NCBI GenBank assembly: GCA_025356915.1
Contig: JANXQG010000689.1
Location: 1-39,352, forward strand
Direction of reading: 5' to 3'
From: Planctomycetota bacterium
GTDB lineage: Bacteria > Planctomycetota > Planctomycetia > Pirellulales > Thermoguttaceae
Length of the DNA: 39,352 bases
Shown: in pieces, positions 1 through 7,660 of the stretch
Layout: every line of letters starts with the position of its first letter
How positions within the stretch are numbered: position 1 is the first letter of the stretch
Position numbers and translations under genes: made by a program
The notes under the pieces: generated by a model
The model's input: the letters and a program-made list of their open reading frames with translations, nothing else
What the model was told of the DNA's origin: nothing
Databases searched by the model: none

Positions 1-1694
1 GCGCCGATGGCGTCGGCGGCTGCCTCGGCAACCGAGCCGACCGTGATCGAGTGGTTGTAGGTACTCGGCGCGCGGCGGACCAGCTCCTGCAAGACGGGGT
101 GGGTGATGTCGCCCAGTTCCAGCAGGCTCAGATCGGTGAGTACGCCGAAAAACCTTTCCACGAACGGCAGCAGACCCGTCATGAAGAACCCGGCCATTGT
201 GGCCCAGATGAACTGACGGCCGGCTCCACGCAACAGCGACTGGTCCAGGGGCTGATTGTCGATTAGGTTCATGGCCAGATCCAACAAGGCAGCCACGCAG
301 CCGGCAAACAGGCCAACATAGATCAGCTTGCTACGGTTGCGGATGCGGCCCAGGTTGAGTGCCGCAGCGGCCGTCGTGCCGAACAACAGTAGAAACATGG
401 GCAAATTTTCGCCCAGTGCCAGCACAACGATCCAGGAAACGACGCCCGTCAACAACAGGGCCAACTCCTGGCGATAGGCAATGGCCATGGTCATGCCAAA
501 GACGATCAACGGCACAGGCTCCGCCCGCCAGGGATCATCGGAAGCCCAAACGGCCACGGCGACGGTGGCCACGGCCAGGCCCAGGGCACCAGCCAGGCGA
601 TCGAGTTCGGCCTGCACGCCACGTTGTCGGTAGCGCATGTACATCCCGCACAGCGCGAACATGGCGAAAACTACCAGCAGGACCGCGCTGCCCCGACAGA
701 ACCGGTCCAAAAACGGCCGCTGGACGATGAATGCCTCGTATTCCCGCGTGAACAATTCAAGCTTCGGCACGTCAATTGCCTCGCCTCGTTTGGCCAGCAA
801 ATCACCCGGCCGATACGTCATCATTGTTGGCTCAACTTTGGCGACATTCTCGTCCTGGGCTAGCTTACTCGCTTCGGCATCGAGTGTGAGTGTGGTCAAG
901 GGGCTGGACGAATGCAGAAGTCGCGGCTCGAGCCAGGTACAGAGCCGGTCGGCGATCACCTTGGAGCTGAGTTCCTCGGCCAGCTTGCGTTGAATCGCCT
1001 CGGGATCGACCACGACTTCCAGGACTTCGACTTCCCTTGGCGGGGCCGGATTCTCGATCGAGTAGACAGTAATCGTCTTCTTATTAAAACCCTTGAGCTT
1101 CTCCGTGGGGTCTGCCAGCAATCCGTGCTGCTCCAACGGGGCAAAAGCCGCGGCGACCGCGCGATTGAGTTGATCGAGGTTTTCCTTGCCGGCCAGTGTC
1201 TTGCAAAATTCCTGGAAGCCGGCGAGTTCCTCCTGAGGATTAGGCTCTTTCGCGCCCTTTTCCAAGGGCGGCTGAAATTCTTTCCATCGAGAGCGGGTTT
1301 GCGGATCGAGCTTTTTTGCCTTGGTAAGGTCGGCGATCGTCGTACAGAGATTGGCACGCAACTGTTCCAGCGGTTGGCTGTCCTGCTTGAAAACGGCCTT
1401 GGTTTCCTCGCGAGCCTTCAAGCGTGCCTGTGCGGTCTCTTCCTGATTTTCCTTCTTGAACTCCACCCGCGTGGTGACATAACGCATGGGCACCATGCCC
1501 GTCCGCCAATGCATGGGCGGATCCCAGGCATGGATGATCGCACAAACCGCCACGGCGGCGACCAAGGCGAGAGCCATCCGCGACAAGACATCCCGATGCC
1601 AAAGACCGAGCCATGCCCGCTCCCAGTGCCCCGGGGGGAGTTCCATCGCAGCTACGCGTTCGGATCGTGTACGTCGTTGACTGCCGTTGGCCAT
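1..1694 (-). CDS. 7TM-HD membrane phosphohydrolase (PgpH/YqfF-like, HDIG family); the 3' end runs off the window
   Basis: Absent from the ORF track because it is open at the window edge. Manual minus-strand translation from ATG 1694 (alternative ATG 1646) is uninterrupted to nt 1. It shows an N-terminal TM, a long soluble segment and several TM helices (..VLLVVFAMFALCGMYMRY.., ..PLIVFGMTMAIAYRQELALLLTGVVSWIVVLALG..). The HD domain begins at ..THPVLQELVRRAPSTYNHSITVGSVAEAAADAIG. It lies directly downstream of phoH, the classic phoH-yqfF arrangement. Confidence 0.8.
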   Translation of the reverse strand, partial: MANGSQRRTRSERVAAMELPPGHWERAWLGLWHRDVLSRMALALVAAVAVCAIIHAWDPPMHWRTGMVPMRYVTTRVEFKKENQEETAQARLKAREETKAVFKQDSQPLEQLRANLCTTIADLTKAKKLDPQTRSRWKEFQPPLEKGAKEPNPQEELAGFQEFCKTLAGKENLDQLNRAVAAAFAPLEQHGLLADPTEKLKGFNKKTITVYSIENPAPPREVEVLEVVVDPEAIQRKLAEELSSKVIADRLCTWLEPRLLHSSSPLTTLTLDAEASKLAQDENVAKVEPTMMTYRPGDLLAKRGEAIDVPKLELFTREYEAFIVQRPFLDRFCRGSAVLLVVFAMFALCGMYMRYRQRGVQAELDRLAGALGLAVATVAVAVWASDDPWRAEPVPLIVFGMTMAIAYRQELALLLTGVVSWIVVLALGENLPMFLLLFGTTAAAALNLGRIRNRSKLIYVGLFAGCVAALLDLAMNLIDNQPLDQSLLRGAGRQFIWATMAGFFMTGLLPFVERFFGVLTDLSLLELGDITHPVLQELVRRAPSTYNHSITVGSVAEAAADAIG

Positions 1695-1728
1695 AAGATT
1701 CGACTCAAAACGTCTTGTGCAATGTTCG

Positions 1729-1790
1729 GTAGGATGGACATCTGAGTCCGTCCATGTTTTTTAGGGACGGACCCGGAGGTCCATCCTACG
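1729..1790. repeat. REP-like doublet, family A: two inverted GTAGGATGGAC...GTCCGTCC units
   Basis: The left unit GTAGGATGGACatctgaGTCCGTCCAT (1729-1756) is mirrored by GGGACGGACccggagGTCCATCCTAC (1764-1790). The phoH stop codon (1786-1788) lies inside the right unit. Confidence 0.75.
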
Positions 1791-2754
1791 AAGTGGAGGG
1801 TTGCCGCTTGGGGGGACCGTGTTCATAAGCGTCGACGATCTTCTGCACCAGCGGGTGGCGAACGATATCACCGCGACCGAGCCTTGCACAGGCCACGCCT
1901 TCGATACCTTGAAGGCGATCGAGCGCGTCGACGAGGCCGCTCTTGTGGTGTTCTGGTAAATCGATCTGGGTCGTGTCACCGGAAGCCACGATTTTTGAAC
2001 CGTGGCCCATGCGGGTAAGGAACATCTTCATCTGCGAAACGGACGTGTTCTGCGCTTCATCGAGGATGATGAATGCCTCGTTCAACGTCCGGCCCCGCAT
2101 ATAGGCGAGTGGAATGACTTCGATCAGGTCTTGCTCGCGATAGCGAGCGATCTGCTCGTGGTCCATCATTTCGTGCAGGGCATCCATGAGTGGCCGCAGA
2201 TACGGATTGATCTTTGCCTGCAAGTCGCCGGGAAGAAAACCAAGGCTTTCACCTGCCTCAACCGCAGGGCGGACGAGTACGAGCTTGCGGACTCGCTCGG
2301 CCCGCAAGGCAGCCACCGCAGCGGCCACGGCCAGGTAGGTCTTGCCGGTTCCGGCGGGTCCGTAGCAAAGCACCATGTCGTGCTGTGCGATGGCATCGAG
2401 ATAGCGCGCCTGGCCTTGCGAACGAGCACGAATCTGCCGGCCCGCAGTGAAAACCGTCAGCGGCTTGGCCGTCGGCCTGGCCGCGGTGACTTCGCCGTTC
2501 TGCACCCCGGCGAGTACACGATTGATGTCCTCGGCGGCAAGTGTACCGTGCTGTTGCGAGTATGCCCGGAGTTCTTCCAGCACCTGGGTTGCGCTGGCTA
2601 CGGCCTGTTCCTCGCCCTGGATATGGATCTGACCATCCCGCGCAGAAATAGAAACCGACAACGCCTCGCGGATTCTCCGCACATGCTGATCGCAAGTGCC
2701 AAAGAGCGTTACTAGTTCCTTAGAACTAACAACCGAGATGTCTGTTTCGCTCAT
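1786..2754 (-). CDS. phoH: PhoH-like ATPase (PhoH/YbeZ family)
   Basis: From MSETDISVV.. the product is ~322 aa. It has a Walker A motif (CYGPAGTGKTYLAVA), IILDEAQNT, and GDTTQIDLP. The track ORF 1786..3447 (553 aa) is an artefactual upstream extension that runs antisense into the uxs-like gene. Confidence 0.9.
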   Translation of the reverse strand: MSETDISVVSSKELVTLFGTCDQHVRRIREALSVSISARDGQIHIQGEEQAVASATQVLEELRAYSQQHGTLAAEDINRVLAGVQNGEVTAARPTAKPLTVFTAGRQIRARSQGQARYLDAIAQHDMVLCYGPAGTGKTYLAVAAAVAALRAERVRKLVLVRPAVEAGESLGFLPGDLQAKINPYLRPLMDALHEMMDHEQIARYREQDLIEVIPLAYMRGRTLNEAFIILDEAQNTSVSQMKMFLTRMGHGSKIVASGDTTQIDLPEHHKSGLVDALDRLQGIEGVACARLGRGDIVRHPLVQKIVDAYEHGPPKRQPSTS

Positions 2755-2791
2755 GCAAATTGCGCCGGAACCGATCGCGGCGCCAGGACCA

Positions 2792-2820
2792 TTGAATATC
2801 GTCAATCCATCTAGTATAAC
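2792..2820 (+). promoter_or_regulatory. Candidate sigma70-type promoter for the UDP-xylose synthase gene
   Basis: TTGAAT (2792-2797), a 17-nt spacer, then TATAAC (2815-2820), ~79 nt upstream of GTG 2899. Pattern match only; promoter consensus in this lineage is not established. Confidence 0.25.
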
Positions 2821-2898
2821 CAATCCTAGCAGGGAAATGATAGCGATCCCGGCATCGATTTCATAAACTGTTTTACGGCAAAGACTTAGGAGGATCTC

Positions 2899-3873
2899 GT
2901 GGGAGCCATCAAGCGAATCTTGGTCACCGGCGGAGCCGGCTTTCTCGGCTCGCATCTGTGCGAACGCCTGGTGGCCGAAGGTCACGACGTTATCTGCCTG
3001 GATAACTTCTTCACCAGCCAGAAGACCAATGTCGGGCATCTGCTGACGCGGCCGAACTTCGAGTTGATCCGCCACGACATCACCTTGCCCATCTGGCTGG
3101 AAGTCGACGAGATCTACAATCTCGCCTGTCCGGCAGCACCCGGTCATTATCAGTACAATCCCATTAAAACGATGAAAACCTCGGTGCTTGGCGCGATCCA
3201 CGTGTTGGGGATGACTAAACGCTGCCGGGCCAAGGTCCTGCAAGCATCGACCAGCGAAGTCTATGGCGACCCGCAGGTCCACCCGCAGCCGGAAAGCTAT
3301 CGCGGTTCGGTCAATCCGATCGGTCCCCGGGCATGCTACGACGAAGGAAAGCGGGCCGCCGAGACGCTCTTCATGGACTACCACCGCGCCAACAGTGTCA
3401 ACGTGCGGATCGTGCGGATTTTCAACACCTACGGACCGCGAATGCATCCTTACGACGGTCGCGTAATCTCAAACTTCATTTGTCAGGCCCTGAAAGGCCA
3501 GGACATTACCATCTTCGGCGACGGCCGGCAGACCCGCTCCTTTTGCTATCGCGACGATCTGGTGGAGGGCCTAATCCGCATGATGAACGCGCCGGACGAT
3601 TTCTGCGGGCCGGTGAATCTAGGCAACCCGGAGGAATTCACGATCCGCGAGTTGGCGGATATCGTCATCGAACTGACGGCTTCGGGTTCAAGGATCGTCG
3701 CGCGTCCCCTGCCGGCCGACGACCCCACTCGACGCCAGCCTGATACGACGCTTGCCCAACAGCGGTTGGGCTGGCGGCCGACGGTTTCCTTGCGTCAGGG
3801 GCTAGTCAAGACAATCGATTGGTTCCGGTCGATCGACATGTCCGAGTACCGCCCTCCAACGCCGAATTATTGA
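2899..3873 (+). CDS. UDP-glucuronate decarboxylase / UDP-xylose synthase (extended SDR)
   Basis: GTG start preceded by AGGAGG (2889-2894). Contains [11 protein letters not shown] (Rossmann motif), [16 protein letters not shown] (YxxxK catalytic motif) and [10 protein letters not shown], all typical of UXS-type enzymes. Confidence 0.9.
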   Translation: MGAIKRILVTGGAGFLGSHLCERLVAEGHDVICLDNFFTSQKTNVGHLLTRPNFELIRHDITLPIWLEVDEIYNLACPAAPGHYQYNPIKTMKTSVLGAIHVLGMTKRCRAKVLQASTSEVYGDPQVHPQPESYRGSVNPIGPRACYDEGKRAAETLFMDYHRANSVNVRIVRIFNTYGPRMHPYDGRVISNFICQALKGQDITIFGDGRQTRSFCYRDDLVEGLIRMMNAPDDFCGPVNLGNPEEFTIRELADIVIELTASGSRIVARPLPADDPTRRQPDTTLAQQRLGWRPTVSLRQGLVKTIDWFRSIDMSEYRPPTPNY

Positions 3874-3996
3874 GCGATTTATCGTCGCTATTCGCATGAT
3901 CGGCCCCAAACTACGTAGCTTGCCTATTTTGTCAATTTCCGTAGCCCTACCGCAGGCACTTGCCTATATCATAAGGCTGGGGTAAACTTACCGAGT

Positions 3997-4178
3997 GGAT
4001 TAGTCTGGATTATTCATAAATTTTAGGTGCGCGGAGCGAACCCCTGGAAATGGTGGGTTGCGCACGGAATCCAACGAACGGCAACCTTCCACCCCGGTTT
4101 AGACGGGTTCGCGCAACGCACCACTACGATTGAGTTTCCGTGCTCCACCCACCCTACGATGAATGATCCGGATTAAGC
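3997..4178. repeat. Composite imperfect palindrome upstream of tssA
   Basis: Outer arms are ggattagtctggattattcat (3997-4017) and atgaatgatccggattaagc (4159-4178), ~16/21 complementary. Inside are four related 18-mers: GGTGCGCGGAGCGAACCC (4026), GGTGGGTTGCGCACGGAA (4052), and the reverse complements of GGTGCGTTGCGCGAACCC (4105-4122) and GGTGGGTGGAGCACGGAA (4136-4153). Confidence 0.6.
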
Positions 4179-4302
4179 GGTTTAGAGGGGGCTTTTCAGA
4201 AGTTGTTGCAAAACTTGGAATACAGGCTAACCGATAGTTCCAGTTTCGCAACGGCTTTACGTGCTTTCCCGCGAACAGCTAGCTTTAAGGCAAGGCAAAC
4301 GC

Positions 4303-5421
4303 ATGGGCAGTACATCAACCATCGATCTCCAAAGACTTCTCCAGCCGATTCCAGGCAGCAGTCCGACTGGCATGGATTTGCGAACCCAAGATTCCGATTC
4401 GCACGAGTCGGTGTATTGGCAACTTCGATCGGCTCGAAACGAGTCGGGCGAGATCGAACGGAAATACATTACCGATCCCACCAATGCTGATTATGATCTG
4501 AGTCGCTGCCGCTGGTCGGAAATCATTTTGAAGGCAGTTGAAGTTCTTGCCCAACAATCCAAGGACCTCGAGGTCACGGCTTGGCTTTGTGATTCGCTTT
4601 TGCGAGTGCATGGGTTTGCCGGCCTGCGAGATGGGCTGCGGCTTGCACGAGAACTTGTGGAAAACCACTGGGATACGCTTTATCCCAGCCTCGATACGTC
4701 GGGCGAAGGAATCGCAGTGCGTCTGAACCAGTTTGGGAGCTTGTTCCGCGCTCGCCAACATCCGGCACTTCGAGTTCCTCTTACCGAGGGCGATAAGTTT
4801 ACCGAACTCGATTATGAGCAAGCGCAAACCCTCGACAAACTAGCCGACCCCAAAGAGAAAGCGGCTCGCATCGCCAAGGGCGAAGTTACCCTACAGAAGT
4901 TTGCGGAGGCTGTCCGCGAGACTTCGACTTCGTTCTTGAAAGCCCTCTTGGAGGACATCGAGGAAAGCTTGGCTGAGGGTGAAAAACTCGTCGCGGTACT
5001 CAAGCCAAAGTGTGGGAAAAACGAGCGCGGAGAGGACATGGCGCCGTCCGCCCGCGAGTTCACCGAGGTGCTCAAGAGGGTGCTTGCCGTCGTCCGGCTC
5101 GTGGCAGGCGACCGCATTACCGCGAAGGCTCCTTCGGTAGCCGAGCCCGAAGGGGTCGGCAAGCAGGAATTGGGCGTGGCGGCGGCGGAAGCAGCCCAAC
5201 CCAAGGAATTGACCCGCGATACCGCACTTTCACGGCTCCGCGACCTGGCCGATTTCTTTCGGCGGTCCGAACCGCATAGCCCGATCTCCCATCACTTGGA
5301 AGAAGCGGTTCGCTGGGGACAATTGCCGTTGGCGGAATTGCTAACCGAATTGATTCCCGACGAGAATGCACGAAAAGCGTTGTTTACTCGCATCGGCATT
5401 GTTGTGCCGGTGAAAAAGTAA
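4303..5421 (+). CDS. tssA: Type VI secretion protein TssA (ImpA N-terminal domain family)
   Basis: ImpA_N-like N-terminus: IDLQRLLQPIPGSSPTGMDLR.., ..KDLEVTAWLCDSLLRVHGFAGLRDGLRLARELVENHWDTLYP. C-terminal ..SEPHSPISHHLEEAVRWGQLPLAELLTELI.. The longest ORF starts at GTG 4261; ATG 4303 (MGSTSTIDLQ) is preferred. Confidence 0.85.
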   Translation: MGSTSTIDLQRLLQPIPGSSPTGMDLRTQDSDSHESVYWQLRSARNESGEIERKYITDPTNADYDLSRCRWSEIILKAVEVLAQQSKDLEVTAWLCDSLLRVHGFAGLRDGLRLARELVENHWDTLYPSLDTSGEGIAVRLNQFGSLFRARQHPALRVPLTEGDKFTELDYEQAQTLDKLADPKEKAARIAKGEVTLQKFAEAVRETSTSFLKALLEDIEESLAEGEKLVAVLKPKCGKNERGEDMAPSAREFTEVLKRVLAVVRLVAGDRITAKAPSVAEPEGVGKQELGVAAAEAAQPKELTRDTALSRLRDLADFFRRSEPHSPISHHLEEAVRWGQLPLAELLTELIPDENARKALFTRIGIVVPVKK

Positions 5422-5442
5422 CTAAATCAGGAAGGATAAGTT

Positions 5443-5961
5443 ATGTCGAATATCTCCATTCAGCGTGTACTCCAGAAAGTGCGCCCTCCCCGGGTGCGAA
5501 TCAGTTATGATGTCCAGGTTGGAAATGCCACCGAGAAGAAGGAGCTCCCTTTTGTCGTGGGCGTGATGGGCGATTTCTCCGGAGATCCAACCCAGCCGCT
5601 CAAGAGTCTGGCCGACCGGAAGTTCATCGAGATCAGCCGCGATAATTTTGATACGGTGATGACTCGCATGACCCCGGGACTGAACCTGCGCGTTAAGAAT
5701 ACCCTCGAAGACGATGGCACCGAGATGGCCGTTCAATTGAAGTTCCAGTCGATGAAGGACTTTGAGCCGGCACGAATCGTCGATCAAATCAAGCCTCTAA
5801 AGGAACTGATGGAGGCTCGCCGGAAACTGATGGAATTGAAGACCAAGGTGGACCTGGCGCCAAACCTGGAGAATCATCTCCAGGAGCTGCTCAGCGACCC
5901 CGACAAACTGAAAAAAGCGGCTGGCGATACCGTGACCGCGGGCAACGAGACCAAAAACTAA
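5443..5961 (+). CDS. tssB: T6SS contractile sheath small subunit TssB (VipA/ImpB)
   Basis: 172 aa with RVRISYDVQVGNATEKKELPFVVGVMGDFSG, the hallmark TssB N-terminus. RBS aggaagga lies upstream. Confidence 0.93.
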   Translation: MSNISIQRVLQKVRPPRVRISYDVQVGNATEKKELPFVVGVMGDFSGDPTQPLKSLADRKFIEISRDNFDTVMTRMTPGLNLRVKNTLEDDGTEMAVQLKFQSMKDFEPARIVDQIKPLKELMEARRKLMELKTKVDLAPNLENHLQELLSDPDKLKKAAGDTVTAGNETKN

Positions 5962-5979
5962 AAAGGAGTACCCAGTACC

Positions 5980-7482
5980 ATGAGCAGCGCAGAACAACAA
6001 CTTTCAGGGCAGGCCCAGGCCGAGGCCCAAGTTGCGGAAAAGAGCCTCTTGGAGCAGTGCATCAGTGAGACCCCGCTGGAGCGAAACGAGGCCAAGGATG
6101 TGATCGATACCCTCGTGAAACAAGCGATGCAGGGTGTCGTCAAATGGGACCGCAACGTGACGCGATCCATCAATCAGGGAATCCAGCAAATCGACGCGGC
6201 CATCTCGCGACAACTGGCCGAGGTCATGCACCACGAGAAGTTTCGGTCCTTGGAAGGCACCTGGCGCGGCCTTCAAACCATGGTGTTTGGCACGAACACG
6301 GGCAAGGACATCAAGATCAAGGTCTTGAATTGCTCAAAACGAGATCTGTTCAAAGACCTCAGCAACGCCGTGGAGTTCGACCAGAGCCACCTCTTCAAGC
6401 ATATCTATACTGCTGAATTCGATATGCCGGGCGGACAGCCCTACGGCATCATGGTCGGCGATTACGAATTCAGCAATCATCCCGAGGACGTGGAGCTTTT
6501 AGGGAAGATTTCGGGTGTGGCGGCTGGCGCGTTCTGTCCCTTTATTTCCGCCGCGGCGCCGGAATTGTTCGGCTTCAAGAATTGGGAAGACCTACCCAAG
6601 GTGCGGTCTCTGGGAGACATCTTTGAATCGGATAAGTATGCCAAGTGGCGATCGTTCCGGGCGATGGACGACTCGCGCTTCGTGATACTCACCATGCCGC
6701 GGGTTCTGGCCCGCTTGCCTTATGGCGATTTGACCAAGAAGGTCGACGAGTTCCGCTATGAGGAGGTTGCCTCGGGGCCTAACGGCGAGCAGATCAAGGT
6801 CCCCGCGGATCAGTTCTGCTGGATGAATTCATCCTATGTCTATGGCACCTTGATGGCCGATTGCTTCAATTACTACGGTTGGTGTACCCGGATTCGCGGT
6901 GCGGACAGCGGCGGCAAGGTCTTTGGCCTGCCGACGTACGTCTTCACCAGCGACGACGGCGATGAGGCGACGCAATGCCCCACGGAAGTGGCGATCACCG
7001 ATCGTCGCGAGGCTGAGCTTTCCGATCTTGGCTTTCTGCCGGTCTGTCACTACAAGCGGACGGACTATGCAGTGTTCTTCGGAGCACAAACGGCGCAGAA
7101 GGCGAAGAAGTACGAAGGACCCGATGGTGTGCAAGCCACGGAAAACGCCGCCATTTCAGCGCGATTGCCCTACGTGATGGCCACGTCGCGAATCGCACAT
7201 TTCCTGAAGGTCATGGCCCGCGACAAGATCGGAAGCTTCATGGAGCGAGCCGATTGCGAGAAGTGGCTGAATACCTGGATCATGAACTATGTGCTGGCCG
7301 ATCGGTTTGGCAGCGAGTCGGACAAGGCGAAACTACCGCTCGCCGAAGCGAGGATCGACGTAAGCGAAGTACCCGGTGAGCCGGGTCACTATAGCGCCGT
7401 CGCCTACTTGCGACCCTGGCTGCAGTTGGAAGCCTTAACCGCGTCGTTGCGAACGGTGACCAGGATTCCTAGCAACAAGTAG
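5980..7482 (+). CDS. tssC: T6SS contractile sheath large subunit TssC (VipB/ImpC)
   Basis: 500 aa with HHEKFRSLEGTWRGLQ, AVEFDQSHLFKHIY, GGQPYGIMVGDYEF, and a C-terminal ..YSAVAYLRPWLQLEALTASLRTV. AAGGAG RBS. Confidence 0.93.
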   Translation: MSSAEQQLSGQAQAEAQVAEKSLLEQCISETPLERNEAKDVIDTLVKQAMQGVVKWDRNVTRSINQGIQQIDAAISRQLAEVMHHEKFRSLEGTWRGLQTMVFGTNTGKDIKIKVLNCSKRDLFKDLSNAVEFDQSHLFKHIYTAEFDMPGGQPYGIMVGDYEFSNHPEDVELLGKISGVAAGAFCPFISAAAPELFGFKNWEDLPKVRSLGDIFESDKYAKWRSFRAMDDSRFVILTMPRVLARLPYGDLTKKVDEFRYEEVASGPNGEQIKVPADQFCWMNSSYVYGTLMADCFNYYGWCTRIRGADSGGKVFGLPTYVFTSDDGDEATQCPTEVAITDRREAELSDLGFLPVCHYKRTDYAVFFGAQTAQKAKKYEGPDGVQATENAAISARLPYVMATSRIAHFLKVMARDKIGSFMERADCEKWLNTWIMNYVLADRFGSESDKAKLPLAEARIDVSEVPGEPGHYSAVAYLRPWLQLEALTASLRTVTRIPSNK

Positions 7483-7622
7483 TGGCTGTTGCGGAAAGGA
7501 TCCTAGTTAAGTGTAGGGTGGGACGAGCGCAGCGAACTCCCACCTTTTTTGAACCAATCGTCATGGTGGGGCTCGCTGCGCTCGTCCCACACTACTTTCC
7601 GCAACAGAAACTAAGTAGTGGC
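7477..7622. mobile_element. MITE/REPIN-like palindromic insertion between the two tssC genes, flanked by a 10-bp direct repeat
   Basis: AAGTAGTGGC occurs at 7477-7486 (it contains the tssC TAG stop) and again at 7613-7622. Between the copies are terminal inverted repeats TGTTGCGGAAAG (7487-7498) and CTTTCCGCAACA (7596-7607). These enclose two inverted family-B REPs: GTAGGGTGGGACGAGCGCAGCGAACTCCCACC (7513-7544, followed by TTTTTT) and GGTGGGGCTCGCTGCGCTCGTCCCACACTAC (7565-7595). Confidence 0.7.
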
Positions 7623-7660
7623 CCGTCCGATCCCAACGGGCAAACAGGACCGGGAGTCTA

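Noticed and set aside
359-1745. Plus-strand ORFs 359..730, 637..993, 912..1745 and minus-strand ORFs 956..1357, 1240..1614
   Set aside because: All are off-frame or antisense to the edge-truncated PgpH-like gene (minus strand, 1..1694). That gene gives a continuous, TM-rich, HD-domain translation that the ORF track could not list.
1786-3447. 553-aa minus-strand ORF that looks like a large fusion protein
   Set aside because: Only the C-terminal ~322 aa (from MSETDISVV, ATG 2754) are PhoH. The upstream part is an open antisense frame running through the well-supported plus-strand UDP-xylose synthase gene and has no recognisable domain.
4179-4260. A sigma54 (-24 GG / -12 GC) promoter in front of tssA, as in some T6SS loci
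   Set aside because: I checked the two TTGC/TCGCA sites by position. Neither has a GG dinucleotide at the required 10-nt spacing, so no such promoter can be supported.
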